DNA of 63,931 bases, the filler included, from Dirinaria sp. TL-2023a (lineage: Eukaryota): NCBI GenBank assembly GCA_051941275.1. It is 57 parts of 57 records of this genome, joined end to end, with 100 filler letters (N's around TTAATTAATTAA, not from the genome) between each part and the next. Parts side by side here need not be neighbours in the genome. Positions count along the whole stretch, not along the records: positions 38,460 to 39,480 come from JAVEBF010003082.1; positions 39,581 to 40,601 come from JAVEBF010003083.1; positions 40,702 to 41,720 come from JAVEBF010003084.1; positions 41,821 to 42,838 come from JAVEBF010003085.1; positions 42,939 to 43,955 come from JAVEBF010003086.1; positions 44,056 to 45,072 come from JAVEBF010003087.1; positions 45,173 to 46,188 come from JAVEBF010003088.1; positions 46,289 to 47,303 come from JAVEBF010003089.1; 49 more parts are not named here. One strand, written 5' to 3'. Below, one piece after another: positions 38,460 through 49,687 of this stretch. The notes beneath the pieces are model-generated. The model was given only the letters and a program-made list of their open reading frames with translations. It ran no database searches and had not been told where the DNA came from. A program made the position numbers and the translations under genes. Within the stretch, counting starts at the first letter, position 1. Every line of letters starts with the position of its first letter.

Positions 38460-39480
38460 GTCAACGTTGCAGAACAAGTTATTATTGACGAACGTAAATT
38501 CGTCGCGTAGAGAGCGCAACTCGACATAAATCGATGCACTTTCGATAACTGATGTTGAAACTAACGCTGTCGACAGACTTAATAATGAGTTATCGCAAAA
38601 CAAACAGAGATTATTTACTGAGTTGAGTTCTGTTTTTGATCTAGCTGAGGTGCAAGTCGTTATTTCGCGGAGGGTTATTAAAGACATGTCAGAGAGCGTT
38701 TACGAAGAGTCAGCGAGATCATTGAAGTTCTTAATTAAGAAGCTTCAAGAACAGAATAAGTGAGCAAAAGAATTTTGCGTCACAGATCAGTCGACTGATC
38801 ATCGAGATGACGATGATTCTGATTCGTCTCAGAATCGACGCAGACAAGTTAAGGCATGATCTCTAGATCAAAAGAGTCTAGTTAGACATGAAGATCGACT
38901 TTATGTTCTCGAGAATGAGGCTGTAAAAGAAGAACTTATTCGCAAGAATCATGATGATTCTTTGATCGATCACTTTGATGCAGAAAAAACTCTGAAACTA
39001 ATTCAGAGAAAATATTACTGACCCGTCTGCGGAGAGCAGATGAAAGAATATGTTCGATCATGTGATATTTGTCAACGCATCAAAGCATCGCGACATAGAT
39101 TATATGATGAGTTTAAGTCTTTGTCTGTTGTCACAAAATCATGAAAAGAATTAATCAGAGATTTTATAACGAGCTTGTCGACGAGCAAACGACGCAACGT
39201 TGTTTATAACTTCATATTAGTGATGATTGACAGATGTATCAAAATGACTAGATATTTATCTGTCAAAAAAACTATAGACGCCGCGCAACTAACGAAAATG
39301 TTTTTCGAAGAAATCGTTCTACGCTTTGACATATCAGATGACATAATGAGTGACAGAGAATCTGTATTTATTAGTGCTTTTTGATTCGCAATATGCTTTC
39401 ATGCGAAAATTAAACGTCGATTGAGCACTGCTTTTCATTCACAGACGAATGACTTAATCGAACGTCAAAATCAAGTTCTA
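38460..39480 (+). mobile_element. Decayed Ty3/Gypsy integrase (HHCC and core)
   Basis: NHDD..DHFDAEKT..KYY*..YVRSCDICQR..DFITSL..ILVMIDR..IMSDRESVFIS..STAFHSQTNDLIERQNQ. Confidence 0.93.
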
Positions 39481-39580
39481 NNNNNNNNNNNNNNNNNNNN
39501 NNNNNNNNNNNNNNNNNNNNNNNNTTAATTAATTAANNNNNNNNNNNNNNNNNNNNNNNNNNNNNNNNNNNNNNNNNNNN

Positions 39581-40016
39581 ATAGGCACCAAGTCCTTTGA
39601 CTTGGTTTAGTTAGTCTTTTGGCGCTGCCGGGACTTTTACCATTGGGAAACCTATCTAACCAAGGTTGGGTCTTTGACATTAAACCAAGTCAACACGGTC
39701 GCAAGGTTCTGAGTTCGATTCCCAGCCCGGACGTTTGAAGGGTTTTCGGGTTTTCGGCGAGGCTTTACGGCTGAGAGTTTACTAAACTCGGGGCGACTAC
39801 TTAACCGTTTCCACTAAGGCGAACCTCCTATCACACTCTGAGCGCTGAGCTTCGGGACGAAGCTCAGAGAGGGACCCGGATAGTGTTACGACCCTGGAAA
39901 ACAAAACCAAGTAGTAAGATAGGCACCAAGTCCTTTGACTTGGTTAGTTAGTCTTTTGGCGCTGCCGGGACTTTTACCATTGAGAAACCTATCTAACCAA
40001 GGTTGGGTCTTTGACA
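39581..40016 (+). mobile_element. TRIM-like miniature LTR element, copy 1 (5' LTR truncated, ends 39679; 204-bp internal; 3' LTR 39884-40016)
   Basis: Direct repeats TGTTACG..TTTGACA around a non-coding interior; PBS-position 13-mer complementary to the LTR; purine-rich tract before the 3' LTR. Confidence 0.88.
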
Positions 40017-40601
40017 CAGAAGACATCAAAATTGATAATGAAAATCTTGTTTGACGTTTTGATATCAATCGAAACGCTTTTGAAGTTCAGACCTCGAAGC
40101 AATTTGCAATGTCATTGCAAGCGCAGAATTATGTTTATGCTCTTTCAATTGTTGATATGACTCAGAAGAAATCTCGTGTTGATGTTATTCGAAATGATAG
40201 CGAAAACGCAACGTCTGCTCTCAGTACAGTGTTATTCGACTTCGCGAATGTATTTTCGAAGCAGAAGACTGAAAAATTATTCGAACACAAGACTACTGAT
40301 CATGTCATTGAAATTGAGAGTTCTTCGTCTCATGATCCTCTTTACAATCTGTCGATCAACGAGTTGACAGCGCTGAGAAGCTATTTAAACGACGAGTTGA
40401 CGAAAGAATGAATTCGACACTCTACAAGTTCAGCTGAGGCTTCAATTCTCTTTGTGTTTAAGAAGAATGATGAATTGCGTCTATGCGTGAACTATAAAGA
40501 TTTAAATAAAGTCATCATCAAAAATCGTCACTCTCTTTCTTTGATCACTGAAACTCTGAATCGTCTCTGCGAGTCTAAATGTTTTTCTAAAATTGATCTC
40601 A
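40017..40601 (+). mobile_element. Decayed Ty3/Gypsy RT start
   Basis: PLYNLSINELTALRSYL..FVFKKNDELRLCVNYKDLNKVIIKNRHSLSLI..FSKIDL. Confidence 0.92.
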
Positions 40602-40917
40602 NNNNNNNNNNNNNNNNNNNNNNNNNNNNNNNNNNNNNNNNNNNNTTAATTAATTAANNNNNNNNNNNNNNNNNNNNNNNNNNNNNNNNNNNNNNNNNNN
40701 NGATATGTTTACAAACATTATTCGAAATTATTTATTTGACAGATGTTTATTTTTGTCTTTATGAGTTTTTGAGATTCATCGACTGAAAGAGAGCGTCGTA
40801 TTAGAATGCGTCAGAGAACTTCTTTTCTTTCTCATTTCTACAGAGTTGAGAGATTTTTAACGAGCTTTAAATAAGTCGCAAATGCACTGAAAATCAGTGC
40901 TCAGAAGAGAGAACAAA

Positions 40918-41329
40918 TGTAACAGTGATATCTGATACATTGATATATACTGATCAATGCAGACTAGCGTCGCTTGACAGTCGAGAGTGTTCAGAGACAA
41001 TTCTTCGAGATCTGAAGCATGACTAGCGCCGTTTAGAAGTCAGCGTCGAAAGATTGAATCTCGAGACTAATTAGAAGTCAGTGAGCGATTGACGCTTATA
41101 GAGCATTGTGTCTACGAGCGCTCGTGACTCGTCAGCGCGGAGCTCGTCATGATAAAGTAATGTTAACGCTCGCGATTAAGTATAGAGGATCACTCATTCT
41201 TTCGAAGAGGGTCCTTAGTGATTAGTTCTAGCAGAAACTGCAGTATCAGGTAGTTATATAATCTATTACACTGCCACGTCTTTCACACAAGTACTGCGTC
41301 GGCGGGTAATCGACGCATACGACCTTACA
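40918..41329 (+). mobile_element. LTR, family C (412 bp), heavily mutated copy
   Basis: Colinear with 19685-20096; differs mostly by CC>TC and GG>GA. Confidence 0.9.
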
Positions 41330-41507
41330 TCTAGATGTGGTATAGTAATAGAGAGGTGACTAGAAAATCACTCTAAACGACAGTCATTAGATCGTTATCA
41401 GAGTCTAAAGAATTCTAATCATGAATAAATCGATTCATCTAATAATCTCATGCCATATTATAACAATCTGCCCACTATAAAAAGAAATAAGACGTCGATC
41501 TCGATGT

Positions 41508-41720
41508 TGTTACGAGCATGCACCTAGGTATACTACCTGGGGCAATATCTCTCATGGTTCTCAGGGGTAATACGCTAACCTGATCGGGGTACGCGACACC
41601 CGCACGCGTATATATCTGGGACCCCCATTGTATCTAGCTTCTCTTCTTCTTCTTTCCTTCCTTAGTGATAATATCTTAGTTAACTATACCTGCATTGACT
41701 TGCTCTGCACCGGTCCTAAC
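41508..41720. mobile_element. LTR, family D
   Basis: TGTTACG..CCTAAC at contig end; reverse-complement partial copy at 61615-61721. Confidence 0.75.
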
Positions 41721-42938
41721 NNNNNNNNNNNNNNNNNNNNNNNNNNNNNNNNNNNNNNNNNNNNTTAATTAATTAANNNNNNNNNNNNNNNNNNNNNNNN
41801 NNNNNNNNNNNNNNNNNNNNTCTACAACCACAGCGTCTTTTTCGAAGTCGAGCGTGTATCTTCACTCTGAACACTATACACCTCTAATCTCAAAACCGAA
41901 AGACAAACTATTTCTCCTTCCAATACCGACACAAAAAACACAATCAATCGCCTCATGATAAATATCCGAAACAAATCCTAAGGACATCACCAACCTATCT
42001 CCTCCTCCATCCCTCTCCAGCCCCCAAAACAACATCGTTACCTTCTCTGAGACTTGTCCACGCTGCTGTATAGCCGTGTCTACATTCCGAGGAGAGAAAT
42101 CTAAACACCCATCTATCCGCTCCTCCATCCATCTCGAGCTCGTGAGATATCGTTGGCATCTTGCCTGAGACTCGCCCATGCTGATATACACGACGCAAGC
42201 AGCATTCTTTCACACCTCAAGGCATACTTCCCTTGAAACTCGATACCCAAGTTAATTATCTCAGAAGCGGTCCGGTTCCGGTTCAGAGATAGGAGTTGAC
42301 GCAAGAGGGTTTAAGGGGGCGAATACCTACCTCACTAGGTCTGAGAGTGAGACACTTGGGTTTATGAACTTTTTGGGTGGACATATTGATATAAAAGGTC
42401 AGTGATAGAGGGAGGAGGGGTTTTAATGGTGAATGGTGGAGATCTGGGCAGGGGATGGTATATACTGCGATAATTCATTGGAATGATGTTTAAATTCCTT
42501 TAAGTTCTCTAACTCTGGGAACATATATAGTAAACAATAATGAATAACGCATTCCAAACCAATCCATTTGAGTTTATCAGAAACCCCTGACCTAAGCTAG
42601 CTCGTATCCCCTCCCACCGAAGGAGAAAAAACTCTAGTACTCAGAAACTAAACCGCAGCGACGAGGAATATCTGTACTCGTACTCGTACTTAATACCAGC
42701 CATAACCTGTTGCTACACTTAGTACTAAGTAAAGCAAAACTAAATATCACTAGTATGCATATCGACACTATAGATCTGTCGAGCGGGAGATAGAGTTCCT
42801 AAATGTAATAACCCCCCCGGAAAAAAAAAAAAAAAAAANNNNNNNNNNNNNNNNNNNNNNNNNNNNNNNNNNNNNNNNNNNNTTAATTAATTAANNNNNN
42901 NNNNNNNNNNNNNNNNNNNNNNNNNNNNNNNNNNNNNN

Positions 42939-43955
42939 TGAATCGAAGAAAGAAGACGAGTTTGAAGTCGAAAAAATTCTGAAGTAGCGAGGTCAGAAAT
43001 ATCTAGTTAAGTGAAGAGAGTGATCTATAGAAAACAACACGTGAGAATCAGCTAGAAATCTTTAGAACTGCGAAGAGAAACTTCGAAAGTTTCATCGAAA
43101 GCAGAAGAGTTCTGCAAAAACTCGTACATCGCTTGAGAGTTTCAAACAGAGAAAGATTTCGAAGACATCGTGAAAAGCTCTTGTTTCACTTGATATTCTT
43201 TTCACTCTATCTTCAAAATATTCTTGAATTCGATATCGCTCAGATCTTTCAGACGACGAAGTTAGTACTTTCGCTATTTTTTCTAACGAGCAAGCTTCAA
43301 ACGAGTTTTGAGAATTTTCTCATTCAATTTCTCAGCATTTTTTATCGTCTTGTTTATACTCTCATAATTCGAAGTTAAGTCGCACTTTCAATTCTTTCGA
43401 TAGCACTTCTCACACTTGAGATACTGACGATTGATCTTGCAAAGAACGTCAAAGAAGATACAGCATTGACAGAGACGCATCGTGAAGTACTCAGAGCGAT
43501 AGCGACGATCAGCAGTTTAATTACGACGATGAATTGTGAAATTGCGAAGAGACATATTGAAAGAAGAAGAGTTTTCGAGACGAAAATCTAAAAGAGAGAG
43601 AATAATGTTACGAGCCGATGCTACGCTAACTAAGAAATGAACAATATTCTTATAAGCGATAATCTAAGATATGAAAACTTACAGATTCAAGCAGAAGATT
43701 CTTCTTGACACTTGAACACATCGTCACGTAAGATTCAAGCAGTTCAAGCATCGACATTGCTTAAATATCTTGAATCGCTAGCGTCATAGAGTAGTATATA
43801 GAAACTCAATACGACGCTCTTTGTCACGAATTTACAACCCAACATCGTGTTAGAGATCTAGGGGTTTAACATCTATATCACTAGTGCCTATATATGAGAT
43901 CTTCAGATATCTATAGTATCTTTCTCCCTCATGTCTGGTATTCTCGTACATAGTC
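42939..43955 (+). mobile_element. Chromovirus 3' end: chromodomain, PPT (~43590-43605), 3' LTR from 43606, with a probable nested LTR from 43822
   Basis: EFEVEKILK*RGQKYLVK*RE*SIENNT*ESARNL; AAAAGAGAGAGAATAA directly before TGTTACG. Confidence 0.88.
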
Positions 43956-44223
43956 NNNNNNNNNNNNNNNNNNNNNNNNNNNNNNNNNNNNNNNNNNNNT
44001 TAATTAATTAANNNNNNNNNNNNNNNNNNNNNNNNNNNNNNNNNNNNNNNNNNNNGTTCAAACGGAATTAATTCACAGTAATGAATGTAAAGCTTTGAAG
44101 AGCTGATCATGAGAATCGAGCTAACAATCATTCAAAGAGAGAATGTCAGTGTCGATTGAGTGAACGACAATGACATAGATATCTAGGCTAGTGCACAACA
44201 TTATACTTCAGACATATTTTGAT

Positions 44224-45072
44224 TGTCATGAATTTGACCTGAAATGATACGAAATAAGAGATCATTGGATCGAACAATAGAATATAATATATGAATGCAA
44301 AGATGAATGAGACTGGAATCCAGCCTGGCTGGGCGAGTCATATACTCGCCCAGGGCTAGCTAGACTAGCTAACTAAACACTGTACTATCTACACACATCA
44401 TATGAAAACACTGACATGGAAACACCTATGTGCGGTCACGTGCTAGGTCACCTGACTATCTTGGACCCTGAAGAACCCTGGGAACCACATGTGTGGGATA
44501 TCTGGATATACCGAGTTACTTGTCAGTGGTGTTGTTGCTTTTGCCAGATCGGTGATAGGATTATTATGGGTTATGGAGGTTATCTTGAAGGTCCACCTTA
44601 TTAGGCATAGCGCCGGCACTAGGTCCGCTATACCCGTTAACACGGCCTAGGCGGACCACTATTTAGATCGCCCAGCGGGCCTCCTAGATAGATCATTCAT
44701 CTTTCCACCCACATATTATAATATCCCATTATTATGGTCTATGTTTTCTGGTCCAGTGACCACTTATTTTATATCAATCGGGTTAGAGTCTCTGGACCGT
44801 GTGTTGCCCGGCTTCCCTATTTATTATTGCTTGCACCTCCTGTACTTAGATTTCTTCTTGTGTCTTCCTCATAGTTAATGTCCTAGTCTAGTATTACCCA
44901 CATGCTATGTGCGCTGTATTGTCACGAGAACAAGTTTGGACCAGGTTAACTTGACTTAGACTAAGATTACTGTACAGAACAAATCACGAAGAAGGAAAGA
45001 GAAAAGAAGCAATCTGTAAACAATGAAGGGGTTTAAGACCCCGAGGCTATATCGCTTGAGCTCAGATATTGT
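44224..45072 (+). mobile_element. Nested LTR stack: long family-A LTR, a 172-bp insert (44245-44416) and another LTR from 44920
   Basis: Family-A ends present; insert TG..CA flanked by TGAAA/TGGAA. Confidence 0.75.
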
Positions 45073-45179
45073 NNNNNNNNNNNNNNNNNNNNNNNNNNNN
45101 NNNNNNNNNNNNNNNNTTAATTAATTAANNNNNNNNNNNNNNNNNNNNNNNNNNNNNNNNNNNNNNNNNNNNGACATTA

Positions 45180-45934
45180 CCTCGACGGTCCAAGTGCCCA
45201 TATGCGGCAACAGCGTGACGCGGGGGTTATCCAGCAGCCCGGGGTGAACACCTGGTTCGTCCTCGTAGACATCCAGGCCCGCGCCCGCGATGGTGTTGTT
45301 TTCGAGGGCGGCCGCGAGCGCGGCTTCGTCGATGACGGCGCCGCGGGCGGTGTTGATGAGGATGGCGGAGGGTTTCATGAGGGCGAATTGCGGCGCCGAG
45401 AGCAGGTGGTGGGTTTTTTTCTGAATAAAATCCGTAAGAACATTCATGGTTGTAACCATCGGTATATGTAGCGAAAAAAAAAAGAGGGGGCTTTCGGGGG
45501 GAAAGATAAAAAAAAAAAACATCTTACATTCAACGACAAATTCACGCTCACAACATCGCTCTCCCTCAACAACTCCTCAAACCCAACATATTCTCTCCCA
45601 CCACTCTCCTCCTCGCTCAATCTCCGCCGGTTATGATACACGATCTTCATACCCAACCCCTCCGCTTTTCGCGCCAAGTTCTTCCCAATGCCGCCCATGC
45701 CCAGGATGCCCAGTGTTTTGCCCTGCGGATCGTGGCCCAGCGGGGCGGGGCGCGGCCACCCGCGCCAGTGCTGCTGGCGCAGGGAAAACAGCGGCGCGTT
45801 GAAGCCGCGCAGCGCGGACAGGAGCAGGTATAGTGCTGTGTCGGCGGTCGCGTTGTCGACTGCTGTTGGGGTGTGGGAGACGTGGATCCCCGCCGCGGTG
45901 CATGCTGAGATGTCGATTTGGTCGTAGCCTGCGC
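45180..45934 (-). CDS. D-isomer-specific 2-hydroxyacid dehydrogenase (glyoxylate reductase-like), internal exons
   Basis: GAGYDQID, LGILGMGGIG, YHNRRRL, LINTARGAVIDE, GLDVYEDEP and LLPHMGT motifs; intron ~45422-45527. Confidence 0.95.
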
Positions 45935-46288
45935 CTGAGATTTAGATGTTAGGAATGGGGTTTGGAGAGGGATGTGGGATGGTTTTGGGGTAGGGGTTGG
46001 GAGGTTAAGCGGTCCTTCTTCTTCTTTTTCTTCTTTTTAACGCTGCTCGGCTCGGTGCCGTGCTGAGGAGGAGGGAGCATGTGTATGTAGATAGATAGAT
46101 CATGTAGATAAGAGAGATAGTAAGGGGGGATATTTTCTGAGATTCCTTCCACATCCCAAAAAAATAAAAAGAAGAAAAGAAGAACACCNNNNNNNNNNNN
46201 NNNNNNNNNNNNNNNNNNNNNNNNNNNNNNNNTTAATTAATTAANNNNNNNNNNNNNNNNNNNNNNNNNNNNNNNNNNNNNNNNNNNN

Positions 46289-46731
46289 AATTTTTAAACG
46301 AGCGACTCGTCTCTGAAGTGATCACAGAGATCTGCGACTGCGAACAAGATCGCATGACAGTCAGACACGTGCTATTAACGTGTTCTACGTGAAGACAGAA
46401 AAGATTAAAAATGCAACGAAGAACGAATAACATCACAGATGTGAGAAAACTGCCCGATAACGTCATTGATGTCACAGCGACGATACGCATGATTTTATTC
46501 ACTGATTTACTCAATCAGTTTCAGACGACTGCTTTTTCTTTAGATTCTTAGACTCAAAGAGTCCTCGCATGAAGGATTTTCTAATATTATGAATAAAGAA
46601 AACTGTACGTAACAAAGAAAGAGTCGACGCAGCGCTGACGCGCCGCCGATATAAGTATATAGATCTCGCATAGGTCCCTTGAGAGTATTAAATCGAGTAA
46701 GAATTAAAAAAAAAAAAAAAAAAAAAAAAAA
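46289..46731 (+). mobile_element. Tad1-like LINE 3' end with poly(A) tail
   Basis: CDCEQDRMTVRHVLLTC, 3' UTR and an A-run ending at 46731; same family as 22729-23130. Confidence 0.9.
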
Positions 46732-46752
46732 TCTTTAGTCAATTTTGCTGCT

Positions 46753-46974
46753 TGTTATGATATCATGAGTATTATGACACTAAGGACTATAGTCATAGGA
46801 CCAGGACCATATTTATAGAATCAGGGTCCATGGATTCGAGACTTTCGTTCCTGGTGACTGCTTTTTCTTTTACATGTAACTAGTTCATATAGCATATTAG
46901 ATAGTTTTGAGCAGGAATTGAACTTCATCTTCTTTTCCCCAAATTTTGATACCTTTTGATCGGCGCTCATAACA
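46753..46974. mobile_element. Solo LTR with TSD CTGCT
   Basis: TGTTATGA..TCATAACA; CTGCT at 46748-46752 and 46975-46979. Confidence 0.88.
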
Positions 46975-47403
46975 CTGCTCTTTTTGCGAAAAATAATGTC
47001 TAAGAAATGATTGAGATTCTGAAACGCAGCAATCGTTTGATCAAAGACTTCTCAGTCATCGTTTCAACGATATTCACACTCGATCGATCTTTGAGTTGAA
47101 TAAACTTGAAAAAAAATAAGAAAGATCTTATCGAGATGCAGAACATTATATCTAGTTTGTTGAAAAATTTGATAAAGATGAGCATTTTTTGAAATTTCAC
47201 GTTTCTGTTACGAGTCTGACTCTCACTGTTGTTACCCGGGTCATTTTCTACAAGGTTTTTGTGTGTGGTGTTGAGTTTTGACCAGATCGGGACTAGCGCA
47301 TCCNNNNNNNNNNNNNNNNNNNNNNNNNNNNNNNNNNNNNNNNNNNNTTAATTAATTAANNNNNNNNNNNNNNNNNNNNNNNNNNNNNNNNNNNNNNNNN
47401 NNN

Positions 47404-48416
47404 CAAAATCAAGCATAATTTGAGATGTCGAATAGTCATGAGTTCGTGTGATTTTGATATTCATGATTACTACATGATCTCGAATCAACAATGATCATGA
47501 GTTAGTAGAATTTCTTTCTATGCAGAATTTGCTTATTGTTGAAAACATTTTCTGAATCGTTCTTTCGAGCAAATCTGTTGAAGCAGAGTGACTGACTGAG
47601 CTCGTAAAATGACTGACTTCGTGCTTCGTCATAACGACATTCATATCGTAATTGACGAAATGAGAATCGTTGTTCGTGTATAGACTTCTCGATCAATCAA
47701 AAATAGAAGCAATATGCTCTCGAAACATATCAATAATTTCGTAAATCTCATGCTTCGTGTATGATTTTGCTCAGATAAAGCGACTAAAGTAATCGACGAC
47801 AAACAATATATACTGTGCATCAGTAGCTGTACAGATCGATGTGATAAACTCAAGTCAGTTCATTTCTATCATATTCATCGAATCAAATGCTTGAACATTT
47901 AATGCTTCGTTTTTGATAGATTTGCGAAGTCTGCTTTGACATGCATGACATGAGCGACATCAGTTCTTCACGTCTTTAACTCGAGATGATCAGTAGACTC
48001 TGCTTATAAGATAATCGAGAGTCAAAACAGAAGCATAATGCTCATGATTCTCGTGTGCTGCTCTCAAATATCGATTGATTTCTTCTTCAAACAGACAAAT
48101 GCTGATAGCTTCTGTTGCTTCGCGATATAATAAATGCTTGCTTTCGAACGCTGTTTCTAGTCGATAATTTTTGAATAAATATCTAAAAGCCTTTCTTCGA
48201 TTTCGATTTACTCTTAGCTCATTCATTCTGATTTCATCTTCTTGCAAGTAATCGATTATTTGATGATATATAAATGATATGCTCAATTGTTTCATTCTGT
48301 TCGCAATCGATGACATGATGCTTCGAGAAACTGTTTGCTGTTGCACTTCGTCAATTTCTAAAGTCATGATCATTCTGTCTGCATCATGTTGCTTCGAAAT
48401 CAACTGCAAACGAGTT
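47404..48416 (-). mobile_element. Decayed Ty3/Gypsy integrase
   Basis: AAHENHEHYA..RVY*S..CRSCHAC..IDYFSRF..YCLSS..VELSQSLCFN. Confidence 0.8.
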
Positions 48417-48748
48417 NNNNNNNNNNNNNNNNNNNNNNNNNNNNNNNNNNNNNNNNNNNNTTAATTAATTAANNNNNNNNNNNNNNNNNNNNNNNNNNNN
48501 NNNNNNNNNNNNNNNNTCTTTGCAGCAAATCAATAAGGTGCTGATCTCGAATTTTTATCTCTTTTCTGGTCAGCCGGAAGTATCAAATGAGTGACCGTTC
48601 ACAAGATCACAAGACAACAATGGGACGGCACTCGACAATACGTCATCTAGTTGCAAGTGCATTGCATGTTGCCATGTGCCGGCTGCGGCACCATGGTTAC
48701 CTCTAGGGTTAAAGTATAGGAATATGCGCAGTGGAAACAGGATGAAGC

Positions 48749-49528
48749 TCATCCCAGTACCTGCCTTGCCACAGTGTCGCCATGGGAAGCGACATAAAAT
48801 CTCTGCTCTTTGTTATACTCGAACCATGAGAAGCCCACGTAATTAGGACAGCTTGATAATGCCTCGGAGCTCGACAGCTGCTTCAACCAGTACCTCTTGT
48901 CGTCGTCTGAACTGCTGCTGTATCCTGTCTCGCCAATCACAAAGGGCTTGTTGTACGCCTTAGCGAAAGTGTCATGGAAGCCCTTATATGCGTCCGAGAA
49001 GGATTCATGGCTTTTGGGGTAGATATCAATCCCGACAATATCAACAGTGTCCGCCCCTGGCCACCACTGAGTGAGCTGTGAGTCATCACCGCCGACATTG
49101 TTGGGGGACCAAAACATGGAGACTTTATCGTTGTCGGCAACGGCAGCAGCGACGGCCTTCCACGCGGTAATGAATTCGTCGGCTGAACCATGGTACAGCT
49201 TGCCCTGAGGGGTTGCGTACCAGTTCATTTCATGCCCAAAACGAAGATAGACTTCGACGCCTTGGTCTGTGAACTTCTTCATGACAGCTGCAACTTGTGA
49301 GGCAACGTTTGAATCGACCTGCGAAAATGGGATTTCTGGCATCACGGAAGCAATGAAGATAGCGTCACCGATGTCATCCACCGAGATCTGGGTGAGCTGC
49401 GAGCCATCCCAAGTGCTGCTAGTGATCTGCGCATACTGACCGAAGTAGCATCCAGGTTTCCCAAGGTTAGATGTGATCGTTGCAAAGTCGCTCGCAGCTT
49501 CAGGAAGCCAGCCAACGGCAATGCTGTT
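48749..49528 (-). CDS. GH26 family glycoside hydrolase (beta-mannanase-like), N-terminally truncated
   Basis: YLRFGHEMN, MFWSPN, WWPGADTVDIVGIDIY, KPFVIGETG and SWFEY motifs. Confidence 0.92.
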   Translation of the reverse strand, partial: NSIAVGWLPEAASDFATITSNLGKPGCYFGQYAQITSSTWDGSQLTQISVDDIGDAIFIASVMPEIPFSQVDSNVASQVAAVMKKFTDQGVEVYLRFGHEMNWYATPQGKLYHGSADEFITAWKAVAAAVADNDKVSMFWSPNNVGGDDSQLTQWWPGADTVDIVGIDIYPKSHESFSDAYKGFHDTFAKAYNKPFVIGETGYSSSSDDDKRYWLKQLSSSEALSSCPNYVGFSWFEYNKEQRFYVASHGDTVARQVLG

Positions 49529-49687
49529 NNNNNNNNNNNNNNNNNNNNNNNNNNNNNNNNNNNNNNNNNNNNTTAATTAATTAANNNNNNNNNNNNNNNN
49601 NNNNNNNNNNNNNNNNNNNNNNNNNNNNATTGAAAAAAAAATAATATCATGAATCAAATTTTTATGAGTTTAATCACATGATTAAAT

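Noticed and set aside
39694..39733. Intact tRNA gene
   Set aside because: Only T-arm-like and A-box-like pieces are present; no complete cloverleaf can be folded
39771..39870. TRIM as a hammerhead-containing retrozyme or a 5S-bearing Cassandra element
   Set aside because: No CUGANGA..GAAA core around the hairpins and no recognisable 5S rRNA similarity in the LTR
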